18,667 nt of DNA from Verrucomicrobiales bacterium (GTDB lineage Bacteria; Verrucomicrobiota; Verrucomicrobiia; Verrucomicrobiales; V1-33). How positions within the stretch are numbered: position 1 is the first letter of the stretch; each line of letters starts with the position of its first letter. The position numbers and the translations under genes were made by a program. This document shows positions 9,556 to 16,050 of this stretch, piece after piece. The notes beneath the pieces are model-generated. The model ran no database searches, was not told the origin of the DNA, and saw nothing but the letters and a program-made list of their open reading frames with translations. The stretch spans positions 1 through 18,667 of the forward strand of contig JANOAV010000185.1 of NCBI GenBank assembly GCA_031411295.1. The letters are read 5' to 3'.

Positions 9556-12339
9556 TTAGATTTCATGCGTAACGATATTGGTCAGTCCGAGTAGCTTTCG
9601 ATGCTTTTCTAACACAGTTCCCTTCTCCTGCATTGGAGTAAGACCATTGCTCAAGATCCAATCCGCAGAATTTATTGGTTTCAAATGTCTTGCCTGCACC
9701 GCATCAATCACTCCCAACCGCTTGAGATACAGCGGCCAAACTAAATCAAGGCCCCAACCACTTTCTGAATCATTAAATGTATGACCACAAGACGCCAACC
9801 CATCACGAGAAAAAACCGGAATCATGATTTCCACCATACTACACTCCCTTCCGTATGACCCTTTCCTGATTTTCAATTCTGGGTAGGACGTGATGCTATC
9901 CTCACTTAACGCTGCTTGGTATAATTGGAGACCCAAGTTATTCCCGATCTCGAACAGCGCATTCAAGTCTGAAATCTTCATTTCAATATCGTTATCCCAA
10001 AAGGCATACGCCTGATATTTTACAGGAAGCTTGGCCAGATTTTTTGCTGCACAGGGCCATTTGTGTCCAATTTCAGAAAAATTCCACTCAGCATTTAGCG
10101 CCGGGTTGCTGCATCCCGTGTAGTCATTGAAGGCCACGTCGAAATTTCGCTCTTCGGCTAGGAGGTCAGTGAAGTGGTCTGCTTGCTTCACCGGGCAATA
10201 GACAAGATACGGCCGATTGGCATCTGGTAAGGAACTCAGTCTTTCAATCCAATCAGGTTTTTCAACTGTAGGCACTTGCTTTTCATCATTGAGTAACTGC
10301 CTCCATATCTCATCCACTGGCACGAGTGGTAGCCATTGATGCTTACGCCGCATAAACTCATGAAATGAAGGTTCTTGATTGGGCATCTCACCCGCCAAGG
10401 GTTTCCCTGCTGGATAAATGATGCCCACTCCGTAATCCGTATCGAGAACAAACATCCTCAGGTCCGGATATTGTGCCCGCACCCTTAGCCATGCCCTCCA
10501 GCAGTCACCAGTCCATTCTGCGCACTCGCGTGGCACACGTTGCATCGCTTCATAGTAGGGATTCATGTCGTGACAAACGACCATCCCCGAAGCATTGAGA
10601 GCCTTCAGCGCATTGTGTATGTCCCGCTCCACTGCTTCAGCGTGATGCAGTCCATCTATAAATATCAAGTCATACCTTTTCTCTGAGTAGGTGGAGAAGA
10701 ACGCATCAGAGGTCATGCTGTAAGTCGCAAGGCCATCTCCATCGTGCCCTCCTCCCGGGTCCACACTCTCCTTGTTCTGAGCCACAATGAGTTCAAAATT
10801 ATGGCCATTCCCAACCCCAATCTCCAGATAACTTTGATAGCTCAGACGTTCAATGAGACTATTAATGATCTCCGTGTGGGAGGTGCTCTTTCGGGGCTGA
10901 ATTTTCACTGAGTGCGGAACAGCGGCCCGGGCGGCCACTGTCTGGCGATCCATACTAGATTGTTCAAATAAGTAGGGTGTAACAATGCCTACTGTAATAT
11001 CGTAAAATTTCAGTTCAGGCTCTTCCCTACTCAGTGCAATGTAGAGATGGTCAATCGGCATTTTAGGGGCGGCGCAATGCTCAAGCACGAACCTAGCAAA
11101 TCTGCGGGACACTACATATCCCCAAGTGCAGACGTTGGTCGGCCCGACGCGGTTGAATCTTTCGCCAGGTGACTGAATTCTGAAATCACTGGACCACTTA
11201 TCCCGCAAATCGTGGAGTTGCACATGGTCTGCATCCTCTGGCAGGAAATGCCACATGTTGGCTAGCGTCATCCTTCCAGAATTGTTAATCTGAACGTCGT
11301 CCTCCAAGATGATGGCGTAATCCAGTCCGTAATCCACTACACGCTGCAGCATCTTCAGATGCGAGAGATAGCAAGCTACTTCCCCGGTTTTGAGCGACCA
11401 GGCATCTTTTGGCACCGCAAGCATTTCTGGCTTCACCTCTTGCGCATCCACACCGTCGATGATCTCGAAGTCCAGCCCCGTGGCTTGGAGTTGGGAAATG
11501 ATATTTGCCCTGCGACTTCGCACGCGCGGAAGCGAAAGTGCGAAGATCCGGGTCTGCCAACGAGTTCCGTGTTGCCTTGCTTTGCTGGCAGCCAGCGCGG
11601 CCTGCATTAAGGGAGCTTTTTCTGCTGCGGGAATTCCTGCAAAATGGATCAACGCGAACTGCAACAACCGATCCAGTGTATGATTCTGATAGTAAAAGGC
11701 TACCTCTCCAGCAGGGAGGGGACATGCCTTTAGCTTCGTGTCCAGTAAGATACGGTTCCAACTGGCTTGGTCATAGCCGTGGGTCCGCCGCATTGGCTCT
11801 CGATCTTCGTAGGATTCCCAGAGTTCCATCAGTGCGTGGTAATACTTAGCCCGCACTAGGAACGTCCCTACATTGAACCCGTCCATTTTCAGATTTGCCA
11901 TCTCATCATTCGTCAGCAATCCGCTGAACTGATCCATCTGGATCGGCATGCCGGATTCCTGCACATAATACAAGTCCGCATCGGGTTTGAACCAATGAGC
12001 GATTGATGAGGTGGCAATGCAGTCAGGGGCCAGAAAAAGCACCCACTCATAGTTGCTGACATCCAAGAGATGCCTCGCCTTATACTTAACTGCATACTCA
12101 GAATCCCCTTCATCAAGATCAACCCCTATCTCCTCCACATGCGGGTGTGAAAGACGGAAGATTTCTTGTGGCCCATTGTGGATGATTTTTAGATCCATAA
12201 GGAATCCGCAGCGCAGCAGGGAACTGGCCAGAGTCTTGGCTTGGTGCCGGAGGTCGAGGGAACCCTTTTTATCCAAAGCAAGAGTGTAACAAAGAACTTT
12301 CATTGAGGCGCGGGTTTCTCCAGTTTTTAGTTCCTTCAC
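9556..12339 (-). CDS. Four-domain glycan-modifying fusion: GT-A-like nucleotide-sugar transferase + GT25 (Lex2B-like) + class I SAM methyltransferase (Methyltransf_24-like) + DUF707-like GT-A domain
   Basis: N-domain (about 12303-11590): WVLFLAPDCI, GFNVGTFLV, DQASWNRILL, LIHFAG. GT25 (about 11553-10945): IFALSLPRVRSRR, FEIIDGVDA, GEVACYLSH, AIILEDDV, MPIDH. Methyltransferase (about 10880-10300): YLEIGV, SVDP, MTSDAFF, YDLIFIDGLHHAEAVERDIHNAL, VVCHD. DUF707-like (about 10215-9556): GHKWP, AFWDNDI, LYQAALS, VEIMIPVFSR, SGWGLDLVWP, GVIDAVQARH. The start is either GTG 12339 or ATG 12303. Confidence 0.88.
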   Translation of the reverse strand: MKELKTGETRASMKVLCYTLALDKKGSLDLRHQAKTLASSLLRCGFLMDLKIIHNGPQEIFRLSHPHVEEIGVDLDEGDSEYAVKYKARHLLDVSNYEWVLFLAPDCIATSSIAHWFKPDADLYYVQESGMPIQMDQFSGLLTNDEMANLKMDGFNVGTFLVRAKYYHALMELWESYEDREPMRRTHGYDQASWNRILLDTKLKACPLPAGEVAFYYQNHTLDRLLQFALIHFAGIPAAEKAPLMQAALAASKARQHGTRWQTRIFALSLPRVRSRRANIISQLQATGLDFEIIDGVDAQEVKPEMLAVPKDAWSLKTGEVACYLSHLKMLQRVVDYGLDYAIILEDDVQINNSGRMTLANMWHFLPEDADHVQLHDLRDKWSSDFRIQSPGERFNRVGPTNVCTWGYVVSRRFARFVLEHCAAPKMPIDHLYIALSREEPELKFYDITVGIVTPYLFEQSSMDRQTVAARAAVPHSVKIQPRKSTSHTEIINSLIERLSYQSYLEIGVGNGHNFELIVAQNKESVDPGGGHDGDGLATYSMTSDAFFSTYSEKRYDLIFIDGLHHAEAVERDIHNALKALNASGMVVCHDMNPYYEAMQRVPRECAEWTGDCWRAWLRVRAQYPDLRMFVLDTDYGVGIIYPAGKPLAGEMPNQEPSFHEFMRRKHQWLPLVPVDEIWRQLLNDEKQVPTVEKPDWIERLSSLPDANRPYLVYCPVKQADHFTDLLAEERNFDVAFNDYTGCSNPALNAEWNFSEIGHKWPCAAKNLAKLPVKYQAYAFWDNDIEMKISDLNALFEIGNNLGLQLYQAALSEDSITSYPELKIRKGSYGRECSMVEIMIPVFSRDGLASCGHTFNDSESGWGLDLVWPLYLKRLGVIDAVQARHLKPINSADWILSNGLTPMQEKGTVLEKHRKLLGLTNIVTHEI

Positions 12340-12388
12340 GGACTAGTCTGTAATTTCTTCGGCTGCGTTTTAATTTTGACACCCAACG

Positions 12389-13399
12389 TTAACGTTTTGT
12401 CGAAAACCTGGGGGACTGCTCTAGTTCTTTGAATTCGAGCGGTGTCAATTTCGCCTTGGCGGAGCGAAGAAAACCATCCTTAGCTGCTTGTTGAAGATGA
12501 GTGTCTTGTATGCGGTCCAAAAACTCGGCAGCCTCTACACCCTTGGCGTCATACAGTTTTTCGGACCATAATTTTACTGCCTCAGTATTCACAATTCCCG
12601 GCGGCTGATCGGCAATGAGCGTGAGGAAATCAGGACTGTTTACTCCGGAGGCACCTGAAAACACAGAACGCAGAATTAAGTCCCTCACCCGGTTATTCGT
12701 CGTGCTCGCTGCCCAACTGAGACCTCTACTTGGATCCACAGCGCCAATCGAAGAGGCAAGTTCGGAAATTGCCGAAAATGCCTCTGGGGCGGTGCTCGCT
12801 GCTTTACTAAGCAGATCATTAGAAACAAGGGAGGGGGAGTTCTTTAGGAATTCCAATACACTCCAAAAATATGCTTGGGCTTCCCGTCCGCTGGAAGGCT
12901 CATAGTTGCCCAAATATTTGGCCGCAGATTCAGGGTGCTCTAAAATGAATGCAGCGACAGCACTACTCCAAATGTTGATGCCGAGTTGCGAATGTAGCCT
13001 TTCAATTTCTGCCATGGCAGCAGTAGGATTCTGGTGGATTGCCGCGCGTAAAACCAAATCGAGTGTTGTGGAGCCTTGTTCATCAAAGCCTTTGTATGGG
13101 CATTCTGCGGCCAACTTTAACGCTTCCTGCCAGTTGCCCGTTTCCAATATTTGCAAAACATGTTTTTTCCAAGCGCTCATCAATTCTTGAGGCGAAGCTT
13201 CACCGATTCTCCGTGTAATCTCAGTGTGAGTGGCACCTGCCGGAAAGACCTTCTCAACCTTCGGTCGAGTTGAAATCTGTTTTTTGAGATCAAATCCACC
13301 ACTAGGCGCCGCGTCGGCTAGTTTTTCTGAAAACAGAGTTGACGTAGAGTAATAACCTAAAGCTAGTCCTATAGCTAGCCCAGCAAATTGCTTGATCAT
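12389..13399 (-). CDS. Hypothetical membrane-anchored or exported protein, predicted alpha-helical repeat type
   Basis: 336-aa ORF with a hydrophobic N-terminus (FAGLAIGLALGYY). It carries degenerate helical units such as HQNPTAAMAEI, EHPESAAKYL, AVDPSRGLSWAA...RDLILRSV and EAAEFLDRIQDTHLQQAA. It overlaps the upstream stop by 4 nt (ATGA). Confidence 0.75.
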   Translation of the reverse strand: MIKQFAGLAIGLALGYYSTSTLFSEKLADAAPSGGFDLKKQISTRPKVEKVFPAGATHTEITRRIGEASPQELMSAWKKHVLQILETGNWQEALKLAAECPYKGFDEQGSTTLDLVLRAAIHQNPTAAMAEIERLHSQLGINIWSSAVAAFILEHPESAAKYLGNYEPSSGREAQAYFWSVLEFLKNSPSLVSNDLLSKAASTAPEAFSAISELASSIGAVDPSRGLSWAASTTNNRVRDLILRSVFSGASGVNSPDFLTLIADQPPGIVNTEAVKLWSEKLYDAKGVEAAEFLDRIQDTHLQQAAKDGFLRSAKAKLTPLEFKELEQSPRFSTKR

Positions 13400-14214
13400 T
13401 TTGGTTGTCTAGTTAATTCTGTCAATAATTTTCTACCCTCAGCCTGCAAAGAAGGGTTGCGAATCTGTTCAACAAATTCGCTTAATTGTGTGGATGGTAT
13501 TCCATACCAAGAGGATTCATTCATATAGGATTGCAAGAGTTTCGAAGCAAAAGAATCTGCTTCTGCCGATTGAACCAACACAGTTTCCACTGTTTTACTT
13601 TGACCTGTAGCAAGAAAGGCAGGGAGAGCATTCACGAAGGCCTCAGTTTGTTGGGCACGCGGAAGGGCTAGAATGAAGTTCGTAAGCTCGCCCTCTCTAG
13701 TGGGTAGGGCAAACGCCACCGATTTAATTGCTGCTGGACTTTGCAATAGCTCCTTGCTGGATAAAAGTAACCGAAATGCTTCCTTAGGTTCCATGCTTTC
13801 CAACATTACTGAAAGTAGGCCAAGACGCCTAGAAGGATTAATCGCTACCTCTTCTAATTTTATGCCGTGGGCAAGCAGTAAATCACAAAGCTCAATATCA
13901 CCAATGCGCGTCAAAGCCTTTCCATCTTTCAGTAATTTGGATAATCCGTCTGGTAATAACTCGAGCTGTGATAATAGATTGCCCTGCTGATCTAAATTTT
14001 GGCTGGAACGCAGGCTTAATAGGACTTTTTCCGCATCTAAAGTTAACTCGGGCTGAGTGCCGCTACTGCCTGAGACTTCGTTAAGTAAGATTGAGGTTAC
14101 CGGAGCGGAAACCAACCTTGTCGGAACCGCTCTACCCCTACCTAAGACCGCGCCAACGGTTACCCCAACGAGAACGTGGAGTATTACATTCCTGAGCATT
14201 GCTTGATTATTCAT
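13396..14214 (-). CDS. Hypothetical membrane-anchored, Leu-rich helical protein
   Basis: 272-aa ORF with N-terminal hydrophobic segment VILHVLVGVTVGAVLG. It starts 4 nt after the upstream stop. Its C-terminus (EFVEQIRNPSLQAEG) echoes that of the downstream gene (EFLDRIQDTHLQQAA). Confidence 0.75.
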   Translation of the reverse strand: MNNQAMLRNVILHVLVGVTVGAVLGRGRAVPTRLVSAPVTSILLNEVSGSSGTQPELTLDAEKVLLSLRSSQNLDQQGNLLSQLELLPDGLSKLLKDGKALTRIGDIELCDLLLAHGIKLEEVAINPSRRLGLLSVMLESMEPKEAFRLLLSSKELLQSPAAIKSVAFALPTREGELTNFILALPRAQQTEAFVNALPAFLATGQSKTVETVLVQSAEADSFASKLLQSYMNESSWYGIPSTQLSEFVEQIRNPSLQAEGRKLLTELTRQPK

Positions 14215-14218
14215 CTGC

Positions 14219-14536
14219 TCACTCTGGATTTACATACCAACCTGTCCCCGATTGCACTCGGCGCCTCACATGATAGGTGCAAGTAACTTGACAAGTAAGG
14301 GCTGCCTCCAACGTTCCAGAAGGGCACTGAATATCACACTGCGCTGTATCCCCCGTGGTAGGGTGAGGCAAATTATTAGGACATGTCGTTTTATGACTTG
14401 ATCCGAAAGCGCCGACGTGGCTTGAACAGGTGGCATTCATGTTTGAGTAACCGAAAGACGAATCAATCAGCCCCGCCAGAAAAAGTGCAGATACCGAGGT
14501 AATGGAAGTTTCTTTAATAAAAGCGCGGCGTTTCAT
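14219..14536 (-). CDS. Small secreted Cys/His-rich protein with a twin-arginine (Tat) signal peptide
   Basis: MKRRAFIK fits the RRxFLK consensus, followed by hydrophobic SVSALFLAGLI and a plausible cleavage after S-F-G. The mature part of about 76 aa has Cys at 37, 52, 67, 71, 82, 86 and His at 40, 48, 58, 89. It is the first gene of a tightly spaced cluster. Confidence 0.75.
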   Translation of the reverse strand: MKRRAFIKETSITSVSALFLAGLIDSSFGYSNMNATCSSHVGAFGSSHKTTCPNNLPHPTTGDTAQCDIQCPSGTLEAALTCQVTCTYHVRRRVQSGTGWYVNPE

Positions 14537-14615
14537 GAATTCAGAGCGTTAGAAGTTAGACTTGAAGTTGAAGGAAGCACTGGGGTGAAGAATTTTGCCC
14601 TCGGTGTAGCACAAT

Positions 14616-14642
14616 TCTTGCAGAGAGAGAGAGTATGCAAGA
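14616..14642. promoter_or_regulatory. 7-bp inverted repeat TCTTGCA-N13-TGCAAGA enclosing an (AG)6 dinucleotide tract, in the divergent intergenic region
   Basis: The sequence tcttgca gagagagagagta tgcaaga is read directly, with (AG)6 at 14622-14633. It lies between the divergent starts at 14536 (-) and 14651 (+). A regulatory role is inferred. Confidence 0.55.
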
Positions 14643-14650
14643 GGTTATTT

Positions 14651-15967
14651 ATGCCTCCCTCACATTTTTCAGACTCTCGCAAGAAAACGTCAGTATCAAC
14701 TCCATCCCGCTCTGGTGGCGGAACCTTTCTGTTAATCGGTGGCTTTCTGGGGGCTGGAAAAACGACTTGTCTGGGGGGCCTAACGCGGCTGTTGCAGGGG
14801 CGAGGGAAGCGAGTAGGATTGATTACAAATGATCAGGGGACGGGATTAGTGGATACGCAAACGAGTAAGCTAGAGGGTTCGAGTTTAGGAAGTTCGAGTT
14901 CGAGGGATGCAGGCGAAAAGCCGATGGTTAGGGAGATTACGGGTGGGTGTTTTTGTTGTCGTGCGGATGAGTTGGCGGGGGCGCTGAAGGAGATGCAGGC
15001 TGGGGAGGACAAGCCGGATGTGTTTATTGCGGAGCCGGTGGGGAGTTGCACGGATTTGGTTGCCACGGTGTTGCTGCCGCTGGAGCAGAATTACGGGCAG
15101 ACGTTTCGGCGGGCACCGATGTCTGTGGTGATAGATGCGAAGCGGGCTTGGGGGCACTACTTTGGGACGGGGCGGGCGGCGGGAAACGCATTTTCCAAGG
15201 ACGTGGCCTACATTTACCTAAAGCAACTGGAAGAGGCGGAACTGCTGGTAGTGAATAAGCTGGATTTACTAAAGCAACCACAGCAGGAGAAACTGCTGGC
15301 AAGGCTGGCGCTGGATTGGCCAGAGAAACGGATGCTGTCCATTTCTGCCCGGTCTGGTGAGGGCTGTGAGGCATGGCTGGATTTACTGCTGGGTGAGGAA
15401 ACGCAGCCGAAAACACTGATGGAGGTGGACTACGAGCGCTATGCAGTAGGTGAGGCGCTGATGGGTTGGTTCAATGCCAAGCTGCGGGTGGAGGTGACTG
15501 GAAAAACTGTGGATGGAAATAAGTTGCTGTTAAAACCAGCACGGGAGATTCAGAAGGAGTTGGAAGCAGGCGGGGCGGAGTTGGCGCATTTCAAGATGAG
15601 CTTGGAATGTGGCACGGGCTTGCCGCCCGTGAGCCATGAACCTTTAGTGGGCAAGGCGGTAGCGGTGCGCGTGAAGGGACTATCCACGGTTCACGGGCTG
15701 CAAGCCCGTGCCACGTTGGCCGTCGTCAACGCGGTGCGGAATGGTGATGCAGCGGAACTTTCGAGGCGGATGGAGGGAGGATTTACGGAGGCGGAACTTT
15801 TAGTGAACCTGCGCGCAGAAGCTGACCCCTCCTGGATGGATGAAGTGGTGACGCGTCACCTAAATACTGCGAGGCGCGGGCTGAAATTCACCTGGCTGGA
15901 CAAGGCTTCATTTCGCCCCGGTAAGCCACAGCCAACGCATCGTGTTACAGCGCTGAAGAAAGCTTAG
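14651..15967 (+). CDS. G3E-family P-loop GTPase (CobW/HypB/UreG nucleotide-binding domain), putative metallochaperone
   Basis: Motifs: GGFLGAGKTT (Walker A), ITNDQG, LVDT, EITGGCFCC (GCxCC metal motif), FIAEPVGSCTDL (Walker B ExxG), VVNKLD, ISARSGEG. ATG 14651 is preferred over GTG 14585 because GAGG lies 6 nt upstream. Confidence 0.92.
   Translation: MPPSHFSDSRKKTSVSTPSRSGGGTFLLIGGFLGAGKTTCLGGLTRLLQGRGKRVGLITNDQGTGLVDTQTSKLEGSSLGSSSSRDAGEKPMVREITGGCFCCRADELAGALKEMQAGEDKPDVFIAEPVGSCTDLVATVLLPLEQNYGQTFRRAPMSVVIDAKRAWGHYFGTGRAAGNAFSKDVAYIYLKQLEEAELLVVNKLDLLKQPQQEKLLARLALDWPEKRMLSISARSGEGCEAWLDLLLGEETQPKTLMEVDYERYAVGEALMGWFNAKLRVEVTGKTVDGNKLLLKPAREIQKELEAGGAELAHFKMSLECGTGLPPVSHEPLVGKAVAVRVKGLSTVHGLQARATLAVVNAVRNGDAAELSRRMEGGFTEAELLVNLRAEADPSWMDEVVTRHLNTARRGLKFTWLDKASFRPGKPQPTHRVTALKKA
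15609..15714. repeat. REP-like palindromic doublet (REPIN-like) inside the GTPase reading frame
   Basis: GTGGCACGGGCTTGCCGCCCGTGA (15609-15632) and TCACGGGCTGCAAGCCCGTGCCAC (15691-15714) are inverted copies, 23/24 identical, with a 58-nt spacer. Each arm is a CACGGGC-N5-GCCCGTG hairpin with an outer GTGG tetranucleotide. Confidence 0.85.
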
Positions 15968-15968
15968 C

Positions 15969-15992
15969 CACAAAAAACACAAAAAGCACAGA
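15969..15992 (+). repeat. Short 9-nt-period tandem repeat just after the GTPase stop codon
   Basis: cacaaaaaa cacaaaaag cacaga begins 1 nt after the TAG ending at 15967. Confidence 0.6.
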
Positions 15993-16050
15993 CCGGGCCT
16001 CATTTCCCTTATTTTCAAATTCTCTTATTTAACTTAATCACCTTTCAAAA

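Noticed and set aside
14219..14536. Assignment as a glycocin, ranthipeptide/SCIFF or HiPIP
   Set aside because: There is no double-glycine leader, no radical SAM or peptidase-ABC gene nearby, and the Cys spacing does not match those families as I know them.
14585..14650. GTG 14585 as the GTPase start
   Set aside because: It would translate through the (AG)6/dyad region and leave only 48 nt between divergent genes. ATG 14651 has a GAGG site.
14833..15416. Minus-strand Pro/His-rich ORFs within the GTPase gene
   Set aside because: They are antisense products of the G-rich coding strand.
15609..15714. CRISPR array or rho-independent terminator
   Set aside because: There are only two units, inverted rather than direct, with no U-tract, and they lie inside an open frame.
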